The notes beneath the pieces were generated by a model. The model was not told the DNA's origin. It saw nothing but the letters and a program-made list of their open reading frames with translations, and did no database searches. A stretch of 64,000 nucleotides of DNA from Eledone cirrhosa (Eukaryota), in NCBI GenBank assembly GCA_964016885.1, contig OZ024741.1, positions 22,506,001 to 22,570,000 of the forward strand, in the 5' to 3' direction. The translations under genes were made by a program, and so were the position numbers. Of this stretch, positions 48,201-60,200 are shown piece by piece (the first letter of the stretch is position 1; each line of letters starts with the position of its first letter).

Positions 48201-51200
48201 GGTATATCTGATCTGGGCAGTGGGGTGTTGTTGAGGGTTGGTATACCTGAGCTGGGTAGTGGGGTGGTGTTGAGGGTTGGTATACCTGAGCTGGGTAGTG
48301 GGGTGGTGTTGAGGGTTGGTATACCTGAGCTGGGTAGTGGGGTGGTGTTGAGGGTTGGTATATCTGAGCTGGGTAGTGGGGTGTTGTTGAGGGTTGGTAT
48401 ACCTGAGCTGGGCAGTGGGGTGTTGTTGAGGGTTGGTATACCTGAGCTGGGTAGTGGGGTGGTGTTGAGGGTTGGTATACCTGAGTGGGTAGTGGGGTGG
48501 TGTTGAGAGTTGGTGTGCCTGAGCTGGGTAGTGGGGTGGTATTGAGGGTTGGTGTGCCTGAGCTGGGAAGTGGGGTGGTGTTGAGGGTTGGTGTGCCTGA
48601 GCTGGGTATTGGGGTGGTGTTGAGGGTTGGTGTGCTTGAGCTGGGAAGTGGGGTGGTGTTGAGGGTTGATATACCTGAGCTGGGTAGTGGGGTGGTGTTG
48701 AGGGTTGGTGTGCCTGAGCTGGGTAGTGTGGTGGTATTGAGTGTTGGTGTGCTTCAGCTGGGTAGTGGGGTGGAGTTGAGGGTTGGTGTGCTTGAGCTGG
48801 GTAGTGGGGTGGTGTTGAGGGTTGGTGTGCTTGAGCTGGGAAGTGGGGTGGTGTTGAGGGTTGGTGTGCTTGAGCTGGGTAGTGGGGTGGTGTTGAGCGT
48901 TGGTGTGCCTGAGCTGGGAAGTGGGGTGGTGTTGAGGGTTGATATACCTGAGCTGGGCAGTGGGTGGTGTTGAGGGTTGGTGTGCTTGAGCTAGAAAGCG
49001 GGGTGGTGTTGAGGGTTGGTATACCTGAGCTGGGTATTGGGGTGGTGTTGAGGGTTGGCGTGCTTGAGCTGGGAAGTGGGGTGGTGTTGAGGGTTGGTGT
49101 GCCTGAGATGGGTAGTGGGGTGGTGTTGACGGTTGGTGTTCTTGAGCTGGGAAGTGGGGTGGTGTTGAGGGTTGGAGTGCTTTAGTGGGTATTGGGGTGG
49201 TGTTGAGGGTTTGTGTGCTTGAGCTGGGTAGTGGGGTGGTGTTGAGGGTTGGTGTGCCTGAGCTGGGTAGTGGGGTGGTGTTGAGGGTTGGTGTGCTTGA
49301 TCTGGGAAGTGGGGTGGTGTTGAGGGTTGGTGTGCCTGAGCTGGGTAGTGGGGTGGTGTTGAGGGTTGGTATACCTGAGCGGGGCAGTGGGGTGGTGTTG
49401 AGGGTTGGTATACCTGAGCGGGGCAGTGGGGTGGTGTTGAGGGTTGGTGTGCCTGAGCTGGGTAGTGGGGTGGTGTTGAGAGTTGGTGTGCCTGAGCTGG
49501 GTAGTGGGGTGGTGTTGAGGGTTGGTATACCTGAGCTGGGTAGTGGGGTGGTGTTGAGGGTTGGTGTGCCTGAGCTGGGTAGTGGGGTGGTGTTGAGGGT
49601 TGGTGTGCCTGAGCTGGGTAGTGGGGTGGTGTTGAGGGTTGGTATACCTGAGCTGGGTAGTGGGGTGGTGTTGAGGGTTGGTATACCTGAGCTGGGTAGT
49701 GGGGTGGTGTTGAGGGATGGTATACCTGAGCTGGGTAGTGGGGTGGTGTTGAGGGTTGGTATACCTGAGCTGGGTAGTGGGGTGGTGTTGAGGGTCAGTA
49801 TACCTGAGCTGGGTAGTGGGGTGGTGTTGAGAGTCAGTATACCCGAGCTGGGTAGTGGGGTGGTGTTGAGGGTTGGTATACATGAGCTGGGTAGTTGGGT
49901 GGTGTTGAGGGTTGATATACCTGAGCTGGGTAGTGGGGTGGTGTTGAGGGATGGTATACCTGATCTGGGTAGTGGGGTGCTGTTGAGAGTTGGTGTGCCT
50001 GAGCTGGGTAGTGGGGTGGTGTTGAGGGTTGGTGTGCCTGAGCTGGGTAGTGGGGTGGTGTTGAGGGTTGGTGTGCCTGAGCTGGGTAGTGGGGTGGTGT
50101 TGAGGGATTGTATACCTAAGCTGGATAGTGGGGTGGTGTTGAAGGTTGGTATACCTGAGCTGGGTAGTGGGGTGGTGTTAAGGGTTGATATACCTGAGAT
50201 GGGTAGTGGGGTGGTGTTGAGGGATTGTATACCTGAGCTGGGTAGTGGGGTGGTATTGAGAGTTGGTGTGCCTGAGCTGGGTAGTGGGGTGGTGTTGAGG
50301 GTTGATATACCTGAGCTGGGTAGTGGGGTGGTGTTGAGGGATGGTATACCTGAGCTGGGTAGTGGGGTGGTGTTGAGGGTTGATATACCTGAGCTGGGTA
50401 GTGGGCTGGTGTTGAGGGTTGGTGTGCCTGAGCTGGGAAGTGGGGTGGTGTTGAAGGTTGGTGTGCCTGAGCTGGGAAGTGGGGTGATGTTGAGGGTTGG
50501 TGTGCCTGAGCTGGGAAGTGGGGTGGTGTTGAGGGTTGGTATGCCTGTGCTGGGTAATGGGGTGGTGTTGAGGGTTGGTGTGCCTGAGCTGGGCAGTGGG
50601 GTGGTGTTGAGGGTTGGTGTGCTTGAGCTGGGAAGTGGGGTGGTGTTGAGGGTTGGTGTGCCTGAGCTGGGAAGTGGGGTGGTGTTGAGGGTTGGTGTGC
50701 CTGAGCTGGGTAGTGGGGTGGTATTGAGGGTTGGTGTGCCTGAGCTGGGTAGTGGGGTGGTGTTGAGGGTTTGTATACCTGAGCTGGGTAGTGGGGTGGT
50801 GTTGAGGGTTGGTGTGCCTTAGCTGGGTAGTGGGGTGGTTTTTGAGGGGTGGTATGCCTGAGCTGGGTAGTGGGGTGGTTTTGAGGGTTGGTGTGCTTGA
50901 GCTGGGCAGTGGGGTGGTGTCGAGGGTTGGTATACCTGAGCTGGGTAGTGGGGTGGTGTTGAGGTTTGGTATACCTGAGCTGGGTAGTGGGGTGGTGTTG
51001 AGGGTTGGTGTGCTTGAGCTGGGTAGTGGGGTGGTGTTGAGGGTTGGTATACTTGAGCTGGGTAGTGGGCTGGTGTTGAGGGTTGGTGTGCCTGAGCTGG
51101 GTAGTGGGGTGGTGTTGAGGGTTGGTGTGCTTGAGCTGGGTAGTGGGGTGGTGTTGAATTTTGGTATGCTTGAGCTGGGTAGTGGGGTGGTGTTGAGGGT

Positions 51201-54200
51201 TGGTATACCTGAGTTGGGTAGTGGGGTGGTGTTGAGGGTTGGTATACCTGAGCTGGGTAGTGGGGTGGTGTTGAGGGTTGGTGTGCCTGAGCTGGTTAGT
51301 GGGGTGGTGTTGAGGGTTGGTATACCTGAGCTGGGTAGTGGGGTGGTGTTGAGGGTTGGTATACCTGAGCTGGGTAGTGGGGTGGTGTTGAGGGTTGGTG
51401 TGCTTGAGCTGGGTAGTGGGGTGATGTTGAGGGTTGAAGTGCCTGAGCTGGGTAGTGGGGTGGTGTTGAGAGTTGGTGTGCCTGAGCTGGGTATCTGGGT
51501 GGTGTTGAGAGTTGGTGTACCTGAGCTGGGTAGTGGGGTGTTGTTCAGGGTTGGTATACCTGAGCTGGGCAGTGGGGTCTTGTTGAGGGTTGGTATACCT
51601 GAGCTGGGTATTGGGGTGGTGTTGAGGGTTGGTATACCTGAGCTGGGTAGTGGGGTGGTGTTGAGGGTTGGTATATCTGAGCTGGGTAGTGGGGTGTTAT
51701 GAGGGTTGGTATACCTGAGCTGGGCAGTGGGGTGTTGTTGAGGGTTGGTATACCTGAGCTGGGTAGTGGGGTGGTGTTGAGGGTTGGTATACCTGAACTG
51801 GGTAGTGGGGTGGTGTTGAGAGTTGGTGGGCCTGAGCTGGGTAGTGGGGTGGTGTTGAGGGTTGGTATATCTGAGCTGGGTAGTTGGGTGTTGTTGAGGG
51901 TTGGTATACCTGAGCTGGGCAGTGGGGTGTTGTTGAGGGTTGGTATACCTGAGCTGGGTAGTGGGGTGGTGTTGAGGGTTGGTATATCTGATCTGGGCAG
52001 TGGGGTGTTGTTGAGGGTTGGTATACCTGAGCTGGGTAGTGGGGTGGTGTTGAGGGTTGGTATACCTGAGCTGGGTAGTGGGGTGGTGTTGAGGGTTGGT
52101 ATACCTGAGCTGGGTAGTGGGGTGGTGTTGAGGGTTGGTATATCTGAGCTGGGTAGTGGGGTGTTGTTGAGGGTTGGTATACCTGAGCTGGGCAGTGGGG
52201 TGTTGTTGAGGGTTGGTATACCTGAGCTGGGTAGTGGGGTGGTGTTGAGGGTTGGTATACCTGAGTGGGTAGTGGGGTGGTGTTGAGAGTTGGTGTGCCT
52301 GAGCTGGGTAGTGGGGTGGTATTGAGGGTTGGTGTGCCTGAGCTGGGAAGTGGGGTGGTGTTGAGGGTTGGTGTGCCTGAGCTGGGTATTGGGGTGGTGT
52401 TGAGGGTTGGTGTGCTTGAGCTGGGAAGTGGGGTGGTGTTGAGGGTTGATATACCTGAGCTGGGTAGTGGGGTGGTGTTGAGGGTTGGTGTGCCTGAGCT
52501 GGGTAGTGTGGTGGTATTGAGTGTTGGTGTGCTTCAGCTGGGTAGTGGGGTGGAGTTGAGGGTTGGTGTGCTTGAGCTGGGTAGTGGGGTGGTGTTGAGG
52601 GTTGGTGTGCTTGAGCTGGGAAGTGGGGTGGTGTTGAGGGTTGGTGTGCTTGAGCTGGGTAGTGGGGTGGTGTTGAGCGTTGGTGTGCCTGAGCTGGGTA
52701 GTGGGGTGGTGTTGAGGGTTTGTATACCTGAGCTGGGTAGTGGGGTGGTGTTGAGGGTTGGTGTGCCTTAGCTGGGTAGTGGGGTGGTTTTTGAGGGGTG
52801 GTATGCCTGAGCTGGGTAGTGGGGTGGTTTTGAGGGTTGGTGTGCTTGAGCTGGGCAGTGGGGTGGTGTCGAGGGTTGGTATACCTGAGCTGGGTAGTGG
52901 GGTGGTGTTGAGGTTTGGTATACCTGAGCTGGGTAGTGGGGTGGTGTTGAGGGTTGGTGTGCTTGAGCTGGGTAGTGGGGTGGTGTTGAGGGTTGGTATA
53001 CCTGAGCTGGGTAGTGGGCTGGTGTTGAGGGTTGGTGTGCCTGAGCTGGGTAGTGGGGTGGTGTTGAGGGTTGGTGTGCTTGAGCTGGGTAGTGGGGTGG
53101 TGTTGAATTTTGGTATGCTTGAGCTGGGTAGTGGGGTGGTGTTGAGGGTTGGTATACCTGAGTTGGGTAGTGGGGTGGTGTTGAGGGTTGGTATACCTGA
53201 GCTGGGTAGTGGGGTGGTGTTGAGGGTTGGTGTGCCTGAGCTGGTTAGTGGGGTGGTGTTGAGGGTTGGTATACCTGAGCTGGGTAGTGGGGTGGTGTTG
53301 AGGGTTGGTATACCTGAGCTGGGTAGTGGGGTGGTGTTGAGGGTTGGTGTGCTTGAGCTGGGTAGTGGGGTGATGTTGAGGGTTGAAGTGCCTGAGCTGG
53401 GTAGTGGGGTGGTGTTGAGAGTTGGTGTGCCTGAGCTGGGTATCTGGGTGGTGTTGAGAGTTGGTGTACCTGAGCTGGGTAGTGGGGTGTTGTTCAGGGT
53501 TGGTATACCTGAGCTGGGCAGTGGGGTCTTGTTGAGGGTTGGTATACCTGAGCTGGGTATTGGGGTGGTGTTGAGGGTTGGTATACCTGAGCTGGGTAGT
53601 GGGGTGGTGTTGAGGGTTGGTATATCTGAGCTGGGTAGTGGGGTCTTATGAGGGTTGGTATACCTGAGCTGGGCAGTGGGGTGTTGTTGAGAGTTGGTAT
53701 ACCTGAGCTGGGTAGTGGGGTGGTGTTGAGGGTTGGTATACCTGAACTGGGTAGTGGGGTGGTGTTGAGAGTTGGTGGGCCTGAGCTGGGTAGTGGGGTG
53801 GTGTTGAGGGTTGGTATATCTGAGCTGGGTAGTGGGGTGTTGTTGAGGGTTGGTATACCTGAGCTGGGTAGTGGGGTGGTGTTGAGGGTTGGTATATCTG
53901 ATCTTGGCAGTGGGGTGTTGTTGAGGGTTGGTATACCTGAGCTGGGTAGTGGGGTGGTGTTGAGGGTTGGTATACCTGAGCTGGGTAGTGGGGTGGTGTT
54001 GAGGGTTGGTATACCTGAGCTGGGTAGTGGGGTGGTGTTGAGGGTTGGTATATCTGAGCTGGGTAGTGGGGTGTTGTTGAGGGTTGGTATACCTGAGCTG
54101 GGCAGTGGGGTGTTGTTGAGGGTTGGTATACCTGAGCTGGGTAGTGGGGTGGTGTTGAGAGTTGGTGTGCCTGAGCTGGGTATCTGGGTGGTGTTGAGAG

Positions 54201-57200
54201 TTGGTGTACCTGAGCTGGGTAGTGGGGTGTTGTTCAGGGTTGGTATACCTGAGCTGGGCAGTGGGGTCTTGTTGAGGGTTGGTATACCTGAGCTGGGTAT
54301 TGGGGTGGTGTTGAGGGTTGGTATACCTGAGCTGGGTAGTGGGGTGGTGTTGAGGGTTGGTATATCTGAGCTGGGTAGTGGGGTCTTATGAGGGTTGGTA
54401 TACCTGAGCTGGGCAGTGGGGTGTTGTTGAGAGTTGGTATACCTGAGCTGGGTAGTGGGGTGGTGTTGAGGGTTGGTATACCTGAACTGGGTAGTGGGGT
54501 GGTGTTGAGAGTTGGTGGGCCTGAGCTGGGTAGTGGGGTGGTGTTGAGGGTTGGTATATCTGAGCTGGGTAGTGGGGTGTTGTTGAGGGTTGGTATACCT
54601 GAGCTGGGTAGTGGGGTGGTGTTGAGGGTTGGTATATCTGATCTTGGCAGTGGGGTGTTGTTGAGGGTTGGTATACCTGAGCTGGGTAGTGGGGTGGTGT
54701 TGAGGGTTGGTATACCTGAGCTGGGTAGTGGGGTGGTGTTGAGGGTTGGTATACCTGAGCTGGGTAGTGGGGTGGTGTTGAGGGTTGGTATATCTGAGCT
54801 GGGTAGTGGGGTGTTGTTGAGGGTTGGTATACCTGAGCTGGGCAGTGGGGTGTTGTTGAGGGTTGGTATACCTGAGCTGGGTAGTGGGGTGGTGTTGAGG
54901 GTTGGTATACCTGAGTGGGTAGTGGGGTGGTGTTGAGGGTTGGTGTGCCTGAGCTGGGTAGTGGGGTGGTGTTGAGGGTTGGTGTGCCTGAGCTGGGTAG
55001 TGGGGTGGTGTTGAGGGTTGGTATACCTGAGCTGGGTAGTGGGGTGGTGTTGAGGGTTGGTATACCTGAGCTGGGTAGTGGGGTGGTGTTGAGGGATGGT
55101 ATACCTGAGCTGGGTAGTGGGGTGGTGTTGAGGGTTGGTATACCTGAGCTGGTTAGTGGGGTGGTGTTGAGGGTCAGTATACCTGAGCTGGGTAGTGGGG
55201 TGGTGTTGAGAGTCAGTATACCTGAGCTGGGTAGTGGGGTGGTGTTGAGGGTTGGTATACATGAGCTGGGTAGTTGGGTGGTGTTGAGGGTTGATATACC
55301 TGAGCTGGGTAGTGGGGTGGTGTTGAGGGATGGTATACCTGATCTGGGTAGTGGGGTGGTGTTGAGAGTTGGTGTGCCTGAGCTGGGTAGTGGGGTGGTG
55401 TTGAGGGTTGGTGTGCCTGAGCTGGGTAGTGGGGTGGTGTTGAGGGTTGGTGTGCCTGAGCTGGGTAGTGGGGTGGTGTTGAGGGATTGTATACCTGAGC
55501 TGGGTAGTGGGGTGGTGTTGAAGGTTGGTATACCTGAGCTGGGTAGTGGGGTGGTGTTAAGGGTTGATATACCTGAGATGGGTAGTGGGGTGGTGTTGAG
55601 GGATTGTATACCTGAGCTGGGTAGTGGGGTGGTGTTGAGAGTTGGTGTGCCTGAGCTGGGTAGTGGGGTGGTGTTGAGGGTTGATATACCTGAGCTGGGT
55701 AGTGGGGTGGTGTTGAGGTATGGTATACCTGAGCTGGGTAGTGGGGTGGTGTTGAGGGTTGATATACCTGAGCTGGGTAGTGGGCTGGTGTTGAGGGTTG
55801 GTGTGCCTGAGCTGGGAAGTGGGGTGGTGTTGAAGGTTGGTGTGCCTGAGCTGGGAAGTGGGGTGGTGTTGAGGGTTGGTGTGCCTGAGCTGGGTAGTGG
55901 GGTGGTGTTGAGGGTTGGTGTGCTTGAGCTGGGAAGTGGGGTGGTGTTGAGGGTGTGTGTGCCTGAGCGGGGAAGTGGGGTGGTGTTGAGTGTTGGTGTG
56001 CCTGAGCTGGGTAGTGGGGTGGTGTTGAGGGTTGGTGTGCTTGAGCTGGGAAGTAGGGTGGTGTTGAGGGTTGGTGTGCCTGAGCTGGGTAGTGGGGTGG
56101 TGTTGAGGGTTGGTGTGCCTGAGCTGGGTAGTGGGGTGGTGTTGAGGGTTGGTGTGCCTGAGTGGGTAGTGGGGTGGTGTTGAGGGTTGGTGTGCTTGAG
56201 CTGGGAAGTAGGGTGGTGTTGAGGGTTGGTGTGCCTGAGCTGGGTAGTGGGGTGGTGTTGAGGGTTGGTGTGCCTGAGCGGGGAAGTGGGGTGGTGTTGA
56301 GTGTTGGTGTGCCTGAGCTGGGTAGTGGGGTGGTGTTGAGGGTTGATATACCTGAGCTGAGTAGTGGGGTGGTGTTGAGGGTTGCTGTGCCTGAACTGGG
56401 TAGTGGTGTGGTATTGAGGGTCAGTATACCTGAGCTGGGTAGTGGGGTGGTGTTGAGGGTTGGTGTGCCTGAGCTGGGTAGTGGGGTGGTGTTGAGGGTT
56501 GGTATACCTGAGCTGAGTAGTGGGGTGGTGTTGAGGGTTGGTGTGCCTGAACTGGGTAGTGGTGTGGTGTTGAGGGTCAGTATACCTGAGCTGGGTAGTT
56601 GGGTGGTGTTGAGGGTTGGTGTGCCTGAGCTGGGTAGTGGGGTGGTGTTTAGGGTTGGTATACCTGAGCTGGGCAGTGGGGTGGTGTTGAGGGTCAGTAT
56701 AACTGAGCTGGGTAGTGGGGTGGCGTTGAGGGTCAGTATGTCTGAGCTGGGTAATGGAGTGGTGTTGAGGGTTGATATACCTGAGCTGGGTAGTGGGGTG
56801 GTGTTGAGTGTTGGTGTGCTTGAGCTGGGAAGTGGGGTGGTGTTGAGGTTTGGTATACCTGAGCTGGGTAGTGGGGTGGTGTTGAGGGTTAGTATACCTG
56901 TGCTGGGTAGTGGGGTGGTGTTGAGGGTAGGTATACCTGAGCTGGGTAGTGGGGTGGTGTTGAGGGTTGGTGTGCCTGAGCTGGGTAGTGGGGTGGTGTT
57001 GAGGGTTGGTGTGCCTGAACTGGGTAGTGTGGTGGTGTTGAGGGTTGTTGTGCCTGAGCTGGGTAGTGGGGTGGTGTTGAGGGTTGGTATGCCTGAGCTG
57101 GGTAGTGGGGTGGTGTTGAGGGTTGGTGTGCCTGAGCTGGGAAGTGGGGTGGTTTTGAGGGTTGGTGTGCCTGAGCTGGGAAGTGGGGTGTTGTTGATGT

Positions 57201-60200
57201 TGGTGTGCCTGAGCTGGGTAGTGGGGTGGTATTGAGGGTTGGTGTGCCTGAGCTGGGTAGTGGGGTGGTGTTGAGGGTTGGTGTGCTTGAGCTGGGAAGT
57301 GGGGTGGTGTCTAGGGTTGGTATACCTGAGCTGGGTAGTGGGGTGATGTTGAGTGTTGGTGTGCCTGAACTGGGTAGTGGGGTGGTGTTGAGGGTTGTTG
57401 TGCCTGAGCTGGGTAGTGGGGTGGTGTTGAGGGTTGGTATGCCTGAGCTGGGAAGTGGGGTGGTATTGAGGGTTGGTGTGCCTGAGCTGGGTAGTGGGTG
57501 GTGTTGAGGGTTGGTATACCTGAGCTGGGTAGTGGGGTGGTGTTGAGGGTTGGTGTGCCTGAGTTGGGTAGTGGGGTGGTGTTGAGGGTTGGTGTGCCTG
57601 AGCTGGGAAGTTGGCTGGTGTTGAGGGTTGGTGTGCCTGAGCTGGGAAGTGGGGTGGTATTGAGGGTTGGTGTGCCTGAGCTGGGAAGTGGGGTGGTGTT
57701 GAGGGTTGGTATGCCTGTGCTGGGGAGTGGGGTGGTGTTGAGGGTTGGTGTGCCTGAGTTGGGTAGTGGGGTGGTGTTGAGGGTTGGTGTGCCTTAGCTG
57801 GGAAGTGGGGTGGTGTTGAGGGTTGGTGTGCCTGAGCTGGGTAGTGGGGTGGTATTGAGGGTTGGTGTGCCTGAGCTGGGAAGTGGGGTGGTGTTGAGGG
57901 TTGGTATGCCTGTGCTGGGTAGTGGGGTGGTGTTGAGGGTTGGTGTGCCTGAGCTGGGAAGTGGGGTGGTGTTGAGGGTTGGTATGCCTGTGCTGGGTAA
58001 TGGGGTGGTGTTGAGGGTTGGTGTGCCTGAGCTGGGCAGTGGGGTGGTGTTGAGGGTTGGTGTGCTTGAGCTGGGAAGTGGGGTGGTGTTGAGGGTTGGT
58101 GTGCCTGAGCTGGGAAGTGGGGTGGTGTTGAGGGTTGGTGTGCCTGAGCTGGGTAGTGGGGTGGTATTGTGGGTTGGTGTGCCTGAGCTGGGTAGTGGGG
58201 TGGTGTTGAGGGTTTGTATACCTGAGCTGGGTAGTGGGGTGGTGTTGAGGGTTGGTGTGCCTTAGCTGGGTAGTGGGGTGGTTTTTGAGGGGTGGTATGC
58301 CTGAGCTGGGTAGTGGGGTGGTTTTGAGGGTTGGTGTGCTTGAGCTGGGCAGTGGGGTGGTGTCGAGGGTTGGTATACCTGAGCTGGGTAGTGGGGTGGT
58401 GTTGAGGTTTGCTATACCTGAGCTGGGTAGTGGGGTGGTGTTGAGGGTTGGTGTGCTTGAGCTGGGTAGTGGGGTGGTGTTGAGGGTTGGTATACCTGAG
58501 CTGGGTAGTGGGGTGGTGTTGAGGGTTGGTGTGCCTGAGCTGGGTAGTGGGGTGGTGTTGAGGGTTGGTGTGCTTGAGCTGGGTAGTGGGGTGGTGTTGA
58601 GGTTTGGTATGCTTGAGCTGGGTAGTGGGGTGGTGTTGAGGGTTGGTATACCTGAGTTGGGTAGTGGGGTGGTGTTGAGGGTTGGTATACCTGAGCTGGG
58701 TAGTGGGGTGGTGTTGAGGGTTGGTGTGCCTGAGCTGGGTAGTGGGGTGGTGTTGAGGGTTGGTATACCTGAGCTGGGTAGTGGGGTGGTGTTGAGGGTT
58801 GGTATACCTGAGCTGGGTAGTGGGGTGGTGTTGAGGGTTGGTATACCTGAGCTGGGTAGTGGGGTGGTGTTGAGGGTTGGTGTGCTTGATCTGGGTAGTG
58901 GGGTGATGTTGAGGGTTGAAGTGCCTGAGCTGGGTAGTGGGGTGGTGTTGAGGGTTGGTGTGCCTGAACTAGGTAGTGGGGTGGTGTTAAGGGTTGTTGT
59001 GCCTGAGCTGGGTAGTGGGGTGGTGTTGAGGGTTGGTGTGCCTGAGCTGGGTAGTGGGGTGGTGTTGAGGGTTGGTGTGCCTGAGCTGGGATGTGGGGTG
59101 GTGTTGAGGGTTGGTGTGCCTGAGCTGGGAAGTGGGGTGTTGTTGAGGGTTGGTGTGCCTGAGCTGGGTAGTGGGGTGGTGTTGAGAGTTGGTGTGCCTG
59201 AGCTGGGGAGTGGGGTGGTGTTGAGGGTTGGTGTGCCTGAGCTGGGTAGTGGGGTGGTGTTGAGGGTTGGTGTGCCTGAGCTGGGAAGTGGGCTGGTGTT
59301 GAGGGTTGATGTGCCTGAGCTGGGTAGTGGGGTGGTGTTGAGGGTTGGTGTGCCTGAGCTGGGTAGTGGGGTGGTGTTGAGGGTTGATATACCTGAGCTC
59401 GGTAGTGGGGTGGTGTTGAGGGTTGATGTGCCTGAGCTGGGCAGTGGGGTGGTGTTGAGGGTTGATATACCTGAGCTGGGTAGTGGGGTGGTGTTGAGGG
59501 TTGGTGTGCTTGAGCTGGGCAGTGGGGTGGTGTTGAGGGTTGGTGTGCTTGAGCTGGGAAGTGGGGTGGTGTTGAGGGTTGGTGTGCCTGAGCTGGGTAG
59601 TGGGGTGGTGTTGAGGGTTGGTGTGCCTGAAGTGGGTAGTGGGGTGGTGTTGTGGGTTGGTATACCTGAGCTGGGTAGTGGGGTGGTGTTGAGGGTTGGT
59701 GTGCCTGAGCTGGGCAGTGGGGTGGTGTTGAGGGTTGATATACCTGAGCTGGGTAGTGGGGTGGTGTTGAGGGTTGGTGTGCCTGAGCTGGGATGTGGGG
59801 TGGTGTTGAGGGTTGATATACCTGAGCTGGGGAGTGGGGTGGTGTTGAGGGTTGGTGTGCTTGAGCCGGGTAGTGGGGTGGTGTTGAGGGATGATATACC
59901 TGAGCTGGGGAGTGGGGTGGTGTTGAGGGTTGGTGTGCTTGAGCTGGGTAGTGGGGTGATGTTGAGGGTTGGTGTGCTTGAGCTGGGAAGTGGGGTGGTG
60001 TTGACGGTTGGTGTGCTTGAGCTGGGAAGTGGGGTGGTGTTGAGGGTTGGTGTGCTTGAGCTGGGTAGTGGTGTGATGTTGAGGGTTGGTGTGCCTGTGC
60101 TGGGTAATGGGGTGGTGTTGAGGGTTGGTGTGCCTGAGCTGGGTAGTGGGGTGGTGTTGAGGGTTGGTGTGCTTGAGCTGGGAAGTGGGGTGGTGTTGAG